Source of the DNA: a virus
Lineage: Duplodnaviria; Caudoviricetes
Length of the DNA: 62,598 nucleotides
Strand: one strand, 5' to 3'
Virus record (IMG/VR): IMGVR_UViG_3300025316_000018
Location: 1 to 62,598 of that record
In this document: positions 1 through 9,536 of the stretch, piece after piece
Numbering within the stretch: position 1 is the stretch's first letter
How the letters are laid out: the number at the start of each line of letters is the position of its first letter
Made by a program: the position numbers and the translations under genes
Notes under the pieces: generated by a model
What the model was told of the DNA's origin: nothing
What the model saw: the letters and a program-made list of their open reading frames with translations, nothing else
The model's database searches: none

Positions 1-87
1 TTCTGGTAATTTCAGTGGTGTTTTGTCTAATCTGTCCAGTGTATCAATGTAATCTGCGCAGGATTTTCCTATTATAAAACTTATCAT
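1..87 (-). CDS. hypothetical protein, 5' part only (runs off window)
   Basis: AAGGAG RBS then ATG, MISFIIGKSCADYIDT..., open to window edge. Confidence 0.5.
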   Translation of the reverse strand, partial: MISFIIGKSCADYIDTLDRLDKTPLKLPE

Positions 88-114
88 TATACTCCTTAAA
101 TAGAATTATATAGG

Positions 115-591
115 TCATTTCATTGAGTTCTTATAATAGTGATATGTTACAAATTCTTCGTGCTTGGTGTAGTTCGATATGAAATATTGACCCCAATCTA
201 TATCGGGGAACGCTATATCACCACCACAATCAAACTTCATGAATGATATGATCATATTATCACAATTAGGAGCTAGTTGTTTGTATATCTCTGCACCACC
301 ACAAAGGTAAAATCGTGAGGCTGCACTATGTGATGCGAACCACAAAAATTTATCGATAGTCATTGTATCGAACCCTTCGAGTTTGTACTCCGGATCTCGT
401 GATAACACAATACATTCACGGCCAGGAAGCTTACCCACCTGTTCTGCCGTTACCCTACCCATTACCAGAGTACCACCCATAGTAATTGCTTTGAATTGTC
501 TCAGCTCATCTTTGCAATGCCAAGGCATATTATCCAGTGTGCTGTCCCCAATTATACCGTTCTCTGATACTGCTGCGATCAGTGTTATCAT
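115..591 (-). CDS. frd: dihydrofolate reductase
   Basis: MITLIAAVSENGIIG, MPWH, VMGRVT, LPGR, CGGAEIY; start moved to second Met. Confidence 0.93.
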   Translation of the reverse strand: MITLIAAVSENGIIGDSTLDNMPWHCKDELRQFKAITMGGTLVMGRVTAEQVGKLPGRECIVLSRDPEYKLEGFDTMTIDKFLWFASHSAASRFYLCGGAEIYKQLAPNCDNMIISFMKFDCGGDIAFPDIDWGQYFISNYTKHEEFVTYHYYKNSMK

Positions 592-650
592 AAATGCCTC
601 TGCATTATTAATTCTAGTAATGCATAACATTAACTAAAAGGAAAATCAAA

Positions 651-995
651 ATGTCAACAACATATACCTGGACAGTTAACTCTATTGAGTGTACTGCAAA
701 TAATGATATCGAAACAGATTGTGACGAAATAACATCCGCACTTTGGACGTTAACTGGTAACAATGGAACAATTTCATCTAGTATTACTAGCAGATCTCCA
801 TTGTTAATTGATATGGAACCAACTGGTGAAGAGTCAAACAATGCACCATTCTTGGCATTAACAGAAGCTAATGTAATATCTGCGATTCAATCAACACTTG
901 GTACTAACCAAATAGCTCAAATTGAAGCACAGATAGATGCTGATCTAACAAAGGCAACTGTAAATACTATTACACCCACACTACCTTGGGTATAA
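651..995 (+). CDS. conserved phage hypothetical protein (TYTWTV...LPW type)
   Basis: AAGGA RBS, 114 aa, fills the gap between frd and td. Confidence 0.7.
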   Translation: MSTTYTWTVNSIECTANNDIETDCDEITSALWTLTGNNGTISSSITSRSPLLIDMEPTGEESNNAPFLALTEANVISAIQSTLGTNQIAQIEAQIDADLTKATVNTITPTLPWV

Positions 996-997
996 AA

Positions 998-1963
998 TCA
1001 TACTGCTATTGGTGCGGGTATTCTTGCATGACTAATAGCATTATGTAGGGTAAATGATTCATACGTGTAATCATCTATATTATTAATCCCACAAGCTATT
1101 TCTAAGGTTGGCAATGGATATAAACTTAAATCCCGTGACAACAATTCATTAGCCTGTACCAAGTGATTCTTGTATAAGTGTGTATCACCAAATGACATAT
1201 GAAGCATATCAGGAACCATGTTCACAACATTAGCGACCATCTCTGTTAAGAGTGCATACGAAGCGATGTTGAATGGTAAACCTAAGAAAGTATCACAAGA
1301 TCGTTGATACAAATGGCAAGACAAAGCATACCTCGGTGTTTTCAAATCATCCATAATTTTATGATATTCTTCTTCATAATATTCGGACGGTTGAATATCG
1401 GAAACACAATATTTTGTTCGTTCATGGAACGACAACTTCCTCACATAAAACTGAAAGAATGCATGGCAAGGTGCTAGAGCCATTCTGTTATCAGACACAT
1501 TCTGTTGTGGTGATACAGATTCATCAGGAAGATCAGCAACATTCCAAGCAGAAACAATATGTCTACGGCTAAAAGGTTTATTTTTTAATCCTTCAATTAA
1601 GGCAGCTATCTGATCAATACCATTCCAGTCTCTCATTTGCTTACCGTATATTGGACCAAGTTCTCCATTAGGTAAACTCCACTCAGACCAAATGGTTGGT
1701 TTATCATTACCATTCATTCTTCTTAATTCTTCATTATTAGTAGAACCAGATAAGAACCAAAGCAACTCATTTGCTACTAATTTGAATGCAGTGAACTTTC
1801 CTGGTAGTAATGGAAATCCTTTCTTCAAATCGAACTCAAGATGCTTACCAAATAATGATAGTGTACCTGTACCCGTTCTATCATCGGAATCATTACCATT
1901 ATCTAATATATCCTGCAATAGATCATAGTAACACTGCATAGGTATTTTCTGCTCAGTGTCCAA
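998..1963 (-). CDS. td: thymidylate synthase (ThyA type)
   Basis: DRTGTGT, ELLWFLSG, GPIYGKQ, ALAPCH, YQRSCD, GLPFNIASY, GDTHLY. Confidence 0.97.
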   Translation of the reverse strand: MDTEQKIPMQCYYDLLQDILDNGNDSDDRTGTGTLSLFGKHLEFDLKKGFPLLPGKFTAFKLVANELLWFLSGSTNNEELRRMNGNDKPTIWSEWSLPNGELGPIYGKQMRDWNGIDQIAALIEGLKNKPFSRRHIVSAWNVADLPDESVSPQQNVSDNRMALAPCHAFFQFYVRKLSFHERTKYCVSDIQPSEYYEEEYHKIMDDLKTPRYALSCHLYQRSCDTFLGLPFNIASYALLTEMVANVVNMVPDMLHMSFGDTHLYKNHLVQANELLSRDLSLYPLPTLEIACGINNIDDYTYESFTLHNAISHARIPAPIAV

Positions 1964-2257
1964 TTATTTCAGCCCCCACATAACCACAGCAACAGTACCC
2001 AATAATACAACATTCAATATCGTAGATATTGCTAGTAGTGTGATAATTTTATCAAATCTTAGGTGTAGGTCGTAATAATCTTTGTGATTACGTTGTAATG
2101 CTGTATATGCAGCTTCTAACTCAGTAGGCTTTTTAACTTTCTTTGTGTATGCACGTTTAGTAGCTACCGGTTCTTCTACAATAGGTTCAACAACTAGTTC
2201 AGCTTTAACTTTTCTGACATATGGACGTTTAACTTTATTCATTTGATTCTTTTTCAT
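1964..2257 (-). CDS. hypothetical protein with C-terminal TM helix
   Basis: GGAG RBS, abuts td. Confidence 0.65.
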   Translation of the reverse strand: MKKNQMNKVKRPYVRKVKAELVVEPIVEEPVATKRAYTKKVKKPTELEAAYTALQRNHKDYYDLHLRFDKIITLLAISTILNVVLLGTVAVVMWGLK

Positions 2258-2386
2258 TTTTATCTCCTATAGACTTAATTAGTATTGCTTTATCTTTCTT
2301 GCTCATATTACTTATATATTGCAATTTTCCTCTATGATCAACCCATGCTACCAACATACTTGGTTTGGCACCAATATGGAATTTCT

Positions 2387-2659
2387 TTACATCCATGAGA
2401 ATATAAATCCTGCAACACCACCAAAGATAATAGCAGACATCACTATAACAGTTAATCTCAATTGATCGAGTTTATCTTCGACAGATTCATCTGTCTTATA
2501 CGCAGCATTAGAAAGTTCTGTAACGTATCTGTTGTATGATTTTTCCATATCTTTGTTGTGAGTCAACTCACTAAGATTGTAATCTTCATACGTGACCCAA
2601 TGGCCATCAGCACATTCTTCTACCGGATACGGTCCCCCAATTTGATTATAGCGTTTCAT
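2387..2659 (-). CDS. hypothetical membrane-anchored protein (MKRY...GHWVTYED family)
   Basis: start coupled to upstream stop; similar N-terminus to 12513..12737. Confidence 0.65.
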   Translation of the reverse strand: MKRYNQIGGPYPVEECADGHWVTYEDYNLSELTHNKDMEKSYNRYVTELSNAAYKTDESVEDKLDQLRLTVIVMSAIIFGGVAGFIFSWM

Positions 2660-2853
2660 TACCAAGCACCAAACCAAATACCGATACCATGTACGATACC
2701 TATTGGAGCTGCAATAGCACCAGCAATCAAGAATGCCCATTCTTCTTTCTGAATGCAATAGATCACATGAGTACCCCACGCACCAACTGGTATAGATGCC
2801 ACAGCCACTATTGCTGTCACACCCACAAACAAATCTATATTATAATTTTTCAT
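2659..2853 (-). CDS. small membrane protein
   Basis: two hydrophobic segments, THVIYC..WAFLIAGAIAAPIG. Confidence 0.65.
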   Translation of the reverse strand: MKNYNIDLFVGVTAIVAVASIPVGAWGTHVIYCIQKEEWAFLIAGAIAAPIGIVHGIGIWFGAW

Positions 2854-3027
2854 CCTAAACTCCAAAATTTTGGATCACATAAAACTACTTCAACCAACTT
2901 AGTACATTCTGGCAAAGCACTCACTTTATCACTCGCTTCAAATGATGATCTCGCATCAATAAATTTGAACTTTGTTTCCTTTTTGTCGTTCAAATATTCA
3001 ACCATATATTCGTTATATGACATCGGA

Positions 3028-3411
3028 TTACCAATTTTGTGCGTCAGTTAGATCAACTTCTTTACCGTCTACAAACATAACAGAAATAGATTCACCACGT
3101 TCAATAACTTTTACTACCTGAGTTCTGCCACCTTCGTGCTCCTTCTGTACTGAAATAGCAACTAACAATCTTAACACTTCATCTTCACCGATGATAACTT
3201 CTCTAACAACAGTTGGTTTAGTATCTTCTGGCAACTTAGCAATTGCATCTGCCGCTGCGTTCAGGATATTACTTTCAATTTGGTGTTTCTCATCCAACAA
3301 TACTTCTACTACAGATGCATAATAATCAGCATCGCTCGATGATCTTTGGACATGTTCTTCGAATAGTTTAATATCATCTAATACAGTTTGTAGTGCAGTT
3401 TTATTTTTCAT
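3028..3411 (-). CDS. hypothetical protein
   Basis: 127-aa ORF in operon orientation. Confidence 0.65.
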   Translation of the reverse strand: MKNKTALQTVLDDIKLFEEHVQRSSSDADYYASVVEVLLDEKHQIESNILNAAADAIAKLPEDTKPTVVREVIIGEDEVLRLLVAISVQKEHEGGRTQVVKVIERGESISVMFVDGKEVDLTDAQNW

Positions 3412-3575
3412 TATTTGTTAGCCTTTGGTTGTCGTGGTTGTCTTGGTTTCTTTGGAATGCCAGTTAAGCATTCACACTTATCTCTTCTATTCTCGCAACG
3501 ATTGATCTTACTGCAAGCAGTTAGTAATCGAAACAGTTGTGATTCTGGTATTGTGTATATATTCTCTTCTTCCAT
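3411..3575 (-). CDS. small hypothetical protein (MEEENIYTIPESQ...), not in ORF track
   Basis: 54 codons read manually, stop overlaps next start, just downstream of a sigma70 promoter. Confidence 0.5.
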   Translation of the reverse strand: MEEENIYTIPESQLFRLLTACSKINRCENRRDKCECLTGIPKKPRQPRQPKANK

Positions 3576-3609
3576 TTATATCTTCTCAAATACATTTATA
3601 TAGGCGGTC

Positions 3610-3637
3610 ATTATATCATAAGTATTTACAGTGTCAA
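3610..3637 (-). promoter_or_regulatory. sigma70-type early promoter
   Basis: TTGACA-16-TATAAT with TG extension. Confidence 0.7.
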
Positions 3638-3666
3638 GAGTTGATTAAGTGTAAATACTTAGTTCT

Positions 3667-3674
3667 TATAAATA
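3667..3674 (+). promoter_or_regulatory. T4-type late promoter for the curli-like operon
   Basis: TATAAATA 20 nt before ATG 3695. Confidence 0.75.
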
Positions 3675-3694
3675 TGTGTAATATTGGGGGATTA

Positions 3695-3970
3695 ATGGAT
3701 ATATTAAAATTTATAAGCGATGTGGGATTTCCAATAGCAGCCGCCTGTGTTGGATTCTACTTTGTGTATCTTACGTTGAAGTTTATTCTTGAAGGTGTGT
3801 CTGGTTCAGTCAAAGGATTGACAGGTATCATATCAGCATTGGATAGGCGTGTTGCGACAATGAACCACGATGTCTTGCGTATTGATGTACTTGTATCTAA
3901 TGCACTTCAAATCAAACCTGATGTTGATCGTATAGCACGAGCAGAACAATCTGATGCGAGGCGAGATTAA
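3695..3970 (+). CDS. small membrane protein, GFP-motif paralog 1
   Basis: MDILKFISDVGFPIAA + TM + coiled coil; GGGGG RBS. Confidence 0.75.
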   Translation: MDILKFISDVGFPIAAACVGFYFVYLTLKFILEGVSGSVKGLTGIISALDRRVATMNHDVLRIDVLVSNALQIKPDVDRIARAEQSDARRD

Positions 3971-4242
3971 TGGATTTAGTATTATTATCAAAATCTATAA
4001 ATGAATTTGGTTTTCCAGTAATAGCATCTATAGGTATGGGTGCTATGATATATTTTATTTGGGTGTGGGCAACAACCGTAGTCAAACCTATGCTGTCGGA
4101 AGCCAGTACAACATTGATAGCACTAATAGACCGAGTTAGATTATTAGATAACGATTTGATAAGATTAACTCAGAAAGTAAATGTGGTTCTTATGTTACGG
4201 GATGTAAAGAATGAAAATTCTAATACTTCTGATACTGATTAG
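3970..4242 (+). CDS. small membrane protein, GFP-motif paralog 2
   Basis: INEFGFPVIAS + TM + ALIDRVRLLDNDLIRL, paralogous to previous ORF. Confidence 0.75.
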   Translation: MDLVLLSKSINEFGFPVIASIGMGAMIYFIWVWATTVVKPMLSEASTTLIALIDRVRLLDNDLIRLTQKVNVVLMLRDVKNENSNTSDTD

Positions 4243-4642
4243 TAATAACACACAAGCAGAACAATCATTCTCATTTAAGTCACCATCATTTTCTGGTATT
4301 GGGTATTCATCCCATGTTCAAACCATAGAGAATACAGAAACCACACGAAAACAAGCAATACAAGCATCAAACTTACAAGCAGCAAAGGATGCTGCTGCAT
4401 TAGCTGGTAATACTACTCTTCAGAAGTTTCTGAACAATTTCGAAAGTCGTGTTTATGCTCAATTATCAACACAATTGATTAATAATCTATTTGGTGTCAA
4501 CCCACAAACGAGTGGTACTGTTACTATTGAGGGTAACACAATACAATACACCAAGACCGCTGATCAGATTTCCATGACTGTAACTGATGCTAGTGGTAAT
4601 ATAACTCAGGTAGTAATCCCTGTCGGTAGTCTGACATTCTGA
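4211..4642 (+). CDS. csgF: curli assembly protein CsgF-like
   Basis: signal peptide, FSFKSPSFSG N-terminal motif, FLNNFESRVYAQLS..LF, directly upstream of csgG. Confidence 0.8.
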   Translation: MKILILLILISNNTQAEQSFSFKSPSFSGIGYSSHVQTIENTETTRKQAIQASNLQAAKDAAALAGNTTLQKFLNNFESRVYAQLSTQLINNLFGVNPQTSGTVTIEGNTIQYTKTADQISMTVTDASGNITQVVIPVGSLTF

Positions 4643-5430
4643 TGCGTATTCTATTGTTGTGTTTATTGTTAACCGGATGTTCATCGTGGCCATCACCCTT
4701 TGTAACATGGACTAATGAACCAGAACTTTTGGATATAAAACCAAAAGAAAAGGTAATTCTGCCGTCACCAAAAGACGGTAAGATTGTTGTTGCTGTATAT
4801 TCGTTTATGGATAAGACCGGACAAAGAAAGGATTCTGCTACTATTGCAAAGTTATCATCTGCTGTAACACAGGGTGGTGAATCAATTCTGTTGAAATCAC
4901 TGGAAGATGCTGGTGGTGGTATGTGGTTTAGGGCAGTAGAACGGGTAGGTTTAGATAACCTATTGAAAGAACGACAATTGATTAGGTCGGCAAGGGATGA
5001 AGCAAAGGATGACAAGCGTATAGGTTCAATATTATATGCTGGTATGATAATCGAAGGTTCCATAGTATCGTATGACACTAATATTCGCACTGGTGGTATT
5101 GGTATACGCTATTTGGGTATAGGACCAGACACACAATATCAGGAAGATATGGTAACTGTCTCACTTCGAGCAATTAGTACACAAACTGGTGAGGTATTAA
5201 TCACCGTTAATGTACAGAAAACAATTTTGAGTTATACATTAGGTGTTGCTGTATTCAAATTTTTCGACACTGGTACACAATCATTTGAAAATGAGATTGG
5301 TGCCACTAAAACGGAAGCTGGGATATATGCATTAAAATCTGCGTTAGATTTAGCTGTAGAGGAATTGATTATTAAGGGTGAGCGAAAATCGTTATGGAAA
5401 TTTTCATCAACTTATAAAGGAAATAACTAA
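4642..5430 (+). CDS. csgG: curli secretion channel lipoprotein CsgG
   Basis: lipobox LLTGC; VAVYSFMDKTGQRK, SSAVTQG, WFRAVERVGLDNLLKERQLIR, GGIGIRYLGIG. Confidence 0.93.
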   Translation: MRILLLCLLLTGCSSWPSPFVTWTNEPELLDIKPKEKVILPSPKDGKIVVAVYSFMDKTGQRKDSATIAKLSSAVTQGGESILLKSLEDAGGGMWFRAVERVGLDNLLKERQLIRSARDEAKDDKRIGSILYAGMIIEGSIVSYDTNIRTGGIGIRYLGIGPDTQYQEDMVTVSLRAISTQTGEVLITVNVQKTILSYTLGVAVFKFFDTGTQSFENEIGATKTEAGIYALKSALDLAVEELIIKGERKSLWKFSSTYKGNN

Positions 5431-6138
5431 ATGCACATCTTAAGAAACATTCTGTTGATTAGTATGCTTTTGAGTAGCCAAACAACCATGAGTGATAGTG
5501 GTGGTAATTTTGTTTACATAGACCAAACTAATGCGGACAATTCTACCGTTAGTATTACACAAACAGGATCAAATAACACAGTAGGTGATCCTAATTCAAT
5601 ATCGGCACCATCATTTGTCATTGAGGGTAATTCAATGTTCGTCACTATCCTTCAAGATGGTATGAACAACGCGATAACTGGTAACATAATAGGTGGTGGC
5701 ACAACTGCTAATATTACACAAACCGGTAACAGCAACTTTACCAACTTCAATATGGGTAACATGGGTACGTCTTCTGGTCTATTGAACATGACAATGACTG
5801 GTAGTAATAATATATCTAATATGAACATTGGATTATTACATGATTCAAGTAATTACACATACACAGCATTATTGACTGGTAGTAATAATACATTAACCAG
5901 CACAATTAATAGCAAATATACCGTAGATTCATTCACCGTCACAGGATCAAACAATGCTATCACGACAAACCAAACTGGTGCTAATGGTTCTAATAATGTT
6001 ATTGGTAATAATATTGCCATTTCCAATATTGGAAACTCTAATTCTATAAGCATCGTACAAGATGGAACAACGAATCCGAATAGTGCTATTGTCAACCTTG
6101 TGGGTAATAACGCTGCTGTGTCTGTCGTCCAACATTAA
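5431..6138 (+). CDS. curlin-like (CsgA/CsgB-like) repeat protein
   Basis: signal peptide; repeated x-I-x-Q/T-x-G-x-x-N units rich in N, G, S, T; ends VSVVQH. Confidence 0.75.
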   Translation: MHILRNILLISMLLSSQTTMSDSGGNFVYIDQTNADNSTVSITQTGSNNTVGDPNSISAPSFVIEGNSMFVTILQDGMNNAITGNIIGGGTTANITQTGNSNFTNFNMGNMGTSSGLLNMTMTGSNNISNMNIGLLHDSSNYTYTALLTGSNNTLTSTINSKYTVDSFTVTGSNNAITTNQTGANGSNNVIGNNIAISNIGNSNSISIVQDGTTNPNSAIVNLVGNNAAVSVVQH

Positions 6139-7117
6139 TGCTGGTATTGGCAAGGTAACAGAACAGAAGGGTAGTGCATCTATTACACGAGAGAAATCGG
6201 TAATAGATGCTAAGAAAGATTCCAGTGTTGATAGTTTAGATACTATTGAAACTGGTAAAGGTGAGGTTGGTATCTCATTTGATGATGATACACAAGTAAA
6301 AGTAACCGAGAACAGTAAACTGGTCATAGATGATTTCGTATATGACCCCAAGAATAAATCTGTTGGTAAGTTAGCATTGAAATGTGCTATTGGTACTGTG
6401 AGATATGCTTCAGGTAATATTGCCCACGATAACAATAAGAATGTGGCAATCAATACACCAACAGCAACTATAGCAGTTCGTGGTACTGCATTTACTATGA
6501 CCGTAGATGAAATTGGTCAATCTATGGTCATATTGTTACCTAATTTAGATGGTAGTGTTGGTGAAATTGAGGTCAGAACTGCAATGGGTTCGGTAGTATT
6601 GAACCAAGCATTTCAAGCAACTGTGACTACATCTAATGAGATTAAACCCACTAAACCTGTGGTGTTACTTATTGCTGAGTCTGCTATAAATAACATGATG
6701 ATAGTAAAACCACCCAAGGAAATTAGTCAGAAGTTGATTGATGATAACAAAGCATCAGCATTAGACTTTAAGGGATTAGAAAAGGATGCACTATCGGTAA
6801 GGGTATTTGTTGACCCCTATGCAAAGTTCAACGAATTAAGTGTTGATTTATTGGCGATAGATTATTTGACAAACGTATTAGATAGTTTTGGTACAGTAAC
6901 AACATTTTCGGCTGGATACAATAATAGTAACCAAGTTTATATATTCGACAAAGAATCAAATTGGCTAGTCCAAAGAACGGTGAAACAGAGTGCTACATTA
7001 TTATTGAACAAAGATCGTGGTTATAGTGTGACACTTATACAAGATGGGATTACCGTGAAGATGCAAAGTGCAGATACAACCACTAATACTATTCTAATCA
7101 AACAAGGTGCAAACTAA
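6062..7117 (+). CDS. FecR-domain periplasmic protein
   Basis: signal peptide; DTIETGKG, ISFDDDTQVKVTENSKLVID, INTPTATIAVRGTAF. Confidence 0.85.
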   Translation: MEQRIRIVLLSTLWVITLLCLSSNINAGIGKVTEQKGSASITREKSVIDAKKDSSVDSLDTIETGKGEVGISFDDDTQVKVTENSKLVIDDFVYDPKNKSVGKLALKCAIGTVRYASGNIAHDNNKNVAINTPTATIAVRGTAFTMTVDEIGQSMVILLPNLDGSVGEIEVRTAMGSVVLNQAFQATVTTSNEIKPTKPVVLLIAESAINNMMIVKPPKEISQKLIDDNKASALDFKGLEKDALSVRVFVDPYAKFNELSVDLLAIDYLTNVLDSFGTVTTFSAGYNNSNQVYIFDKESNWLVQRTVKQSATLLLNKDRGYSVTLIQDGITVKMQSADTTTNTILIKQGAN

Positions 7118-7410
7118 TGGCAGTAGCAAAAACAATCGTTATAGCAAAAGAGAAAGAACACTGGACATCGACTGGTTGGAGACCAGCACTTGCGTGGAGT
7201 TATGTTTTAATATGTATATTTGACTTTGCGATAGGTCCAATTATATTCAACGTTTTGCAATATTGGAATCCTGGACAATCAATCAGTGCATATACAGCAG
7301 TTACTTTGCAGGGATCGGGGTTGTATCATCTTTCAATGGGTGCGGTATTAGGTTTAACTACTCATGGTCGTACTAAAGAGAAGATAGAAGCAGGAAAAGT
7401 AACAGAATAA
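7117..7410 (+). CDS. putative holin (3TM/GTA-holin-like)
   Basis: WRPALAW...LGL...RTKEK pattern. Confidence 0.6.
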   Translation: MAVAKTIVIAKEKEHWTSTGWRPALAWSYVLICIFDFAIGPIIFNVLQYWNPGQSISAYTAVTLQGSGLYHLSMGAVLGLTTHGRTKEKIEAGKVTE

Positions 7411-7419
7411 ATGCATTAA

Positions 7420-7460
7420 ATACAATGCGTTATTCGACTAAAACGTGTAACGCATTGTAT
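7420..7460. terminator. bidirectional hairpin between convergent operons
   Basis: perfect 13-bp inverted repeat ATACAATGCGTTA/TAACGCATTGTAT; lacks a clear U-tract. Confidence 0.55.
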
Positions 7461-7466
7461 ACTATA

Positions 7467-9536
7467 CTACTTACTTGTTGGTCTGTATACCCCATCCCAG
7501 CCTTTGGGTAGTTTCTTACTGAGTTCATAATCAGCAATTCGTTGTATCATCATATCATAGTAGTAATCTAACTCACCATCAAAACATCCTTTCAACGAAT
7601 CACATAAACCCGCAGCATCTTTCCATTGCTGTGCTTGATAATGTGTAAACATTTTATTATGTGTTTCTCTGAATATGTTGCTTGGATATGTCGGTGATGT
7701 TATTACTGTATAGATGTCAACACCTTCAGATTTACCCTTTACGGAAATTGTATCTAACTTAATAAAGAACTCATTCATATGTAAAAACCCACCCAACACA
7801 TTTTCGGATTTTAGTTTATCTAATGTGTTCTTGCTTAGTATTAATGAAACTCCATAATTTTTAGTCTGTCCCTCTAATCGCGCAGCAAGATTAACTTCAT
7901 CACCCAATATATCATAACTAAATCTATCTTTAGACCCCATATTACCAATAAATACCGTTCCTGTACTGAGACCTGCCCCAACTTGTAATGGTGGTTTACC
8001 TTCAGCAACCAATTCAATATTCAATTCTGCTAATGCAACTTCCATTTCTTTTGCTGCTTTTAATGCTTTAGTTGCCTGATTCTCTACATCTAATGGGGCA
8101 CCCCACCAAGCCATTATTGCATCGCCTATCAGCTTACCAACAGTACCATCATTATCCATTATTATAGGAAGCATCTTATCCATATATCTTGTAATAAGAT
8201 TAGTTAAACCTTGAGGGTCGGTTTTATAATGTTCTGAAATAGTTGTGAATGACCTGATATCAGAAAAGTATATAGTTAGTTCTTTAGAATCACCACCCAA
8301 CTTCAACAGTTCTGGATTCTTCTGTAACTTTTCCACATAGTCAGGACTTAAATATGTTCCAAACTGCTTCTTTATCTGAAGTTTTGCTTTAAGTTCTGTG
8401 ATGAATAAGGTGGCGTGTGTGTGGCCAAATACAACTCCCCCTGCCAGAATAGGTATTGTAATGTCAATGAGATAATACAAATGGGTATATAGATACAGAG
8501 AAATAGGATAAACACTAACAATGATACCACAAAATATAAAAATTCCATACTTGATCCTTGATATTAAGATTGAGAAGATGCTAAGTATAATCATAGCAAG
8601 TATTTCTGCACCAGTACTCCAATCAGGTCTTGAAATATTGGTACCGGTTACTAGTGTATTTAGTATTGATGCTTGAAAGTTATGTGGAAAGATAGCACCG
8701 TTAGAAGTGGCGACTGGGTTGTTAAGACCTCTGGCAGTAAGTCCAACAATGACGATACTGGAATTAAAGGACTCTGGAAGGTGAATGGAGGAGTATTCTG
8801 TAAATATTGCTGGTTTAACCCATATTCTACCGATACTGTCTGTTCCAATCTTTCCAAACGTTGGTATCCTGACAGCTTCAATTGATCCATCGTTAACTTT
8901 GACTTGGAAAGATTTATCACCCGAAGCGACTCGCAATGTTTCGAGGCTGATGCTAGGGTACAATAGTCCATTGGAAGAGACCACCATTGGTACTCTTCTG
9001 GTAACGCCATCAATTTCGGGGAGTGTATTAACAACACCAACACCAGCAGCAGTATCATTAAGTGCTTGTATATTAGGTTGAATATTTTCATAAGAGATTC
9101 CCACATCACCTGTACCAATTACCGATACACCTGGTCTAAATGCGTCATAAGTTTTTGTGAATACATCATTAGTACCTGTCTGGGGTAGAACAACAGGGTA
9201 TTCAGTTAGTATTGTAGCAAAACTACTGTCCTGTCCGGATCTATCCGCATCTGGTAGAAATACATTAAATACAACAAGACCAGCACCATGATCGTAAAGT
9301 TCTTTAATAATTGAACCATACTCATTTCGTGGAAATGGCCATTGACCTTTTTGAGAAATCGTTTCATCATCTATATTTACCAGTACAATATCAGAATGTT
9401 GTATATCTTGTGTTAGAAGAGTATCAAAGTATCTTAACCTGATACTCTCCACGAATGTTGGGTCAAGTACTCTTATCCCAATGATGATTGATAATGTTAT
9501 TAATGCACACCAACGGGATAAAAGTATCTTCTTCAT
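7467..9536 (-). CDS. CHASE2-domain class III adenylate cyclase
   Basis: IVLVNIDDETI..GQWPFPR, DGVTRRVP (CHASE2), 3 TM, FSDIRSFT, KLIGDAIM, GNMGS, GDEVNLAARLE, VKGK. Confidence 0.95.
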   Translation of the reverse strand: MKKILLSRWCALITLSIIIGIRVLDPTFVESIRLRYFDTLLTQDIQHSDIVLVNIDDETISQKGQWPFPRNEYGSIIKELYDHGAGLVVFNVFLPDADRSGQDSSFATILTEYPVVLPQTGTNDVFTKTYDAFRPGVSVIGTGDVGISYENIQPNIQALNDTAAGVGVVNTLPEIDGVTRRVPMVVSSNGLLYPSISLETLRVASGDKSFQVKVNDGSIEAVRIPTFGKIGTDSIGRIWVKPAIFTEYSSIHLPESFNSSIVIVGLTARGLNNPVATSNGAIFPHNFQASILNTLVTGTNISRPDWSTGAEILAMIILSIFSILISRIKYGIFIFCGIIVSVYPISLYLYTHLYYLIDITIPILAGGVVFGHTHATLFITELKAKLQIKKQFGTYLSPDYVEKLQKNPELLKLGGDSKELTIYFSDIRSFTTISEHYKTDPQGLTNLITRYMDKMLPIIMDNDGTVGKLIGDAIMAWWGAPLDVENQATKALKAAKEMEVALAELNIELVAEGKPPLQVGAGLSTGTVFIGNMGSKDRFSYDILGDEVNLAARLEGQTKNYGVSLILSKNTLDKLKSENVLGGFLHMNEFFIKLDTISVKGKSEGVDIYTVITSPTYPSNIFRETHNKMFTHYQAQQWKDAAGLCDSLKGCFDGELDYYYDMMIQRIADYELSKKLPKGWDGVYRPTSK

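Noticed and set aside
998-1963. Intron or intein in td (also checked nrdA, nrdB, gene 41)
   Set aside because: All are continuous ORFs with motifs in order; the short td insert is in frame and has no splicing motifs
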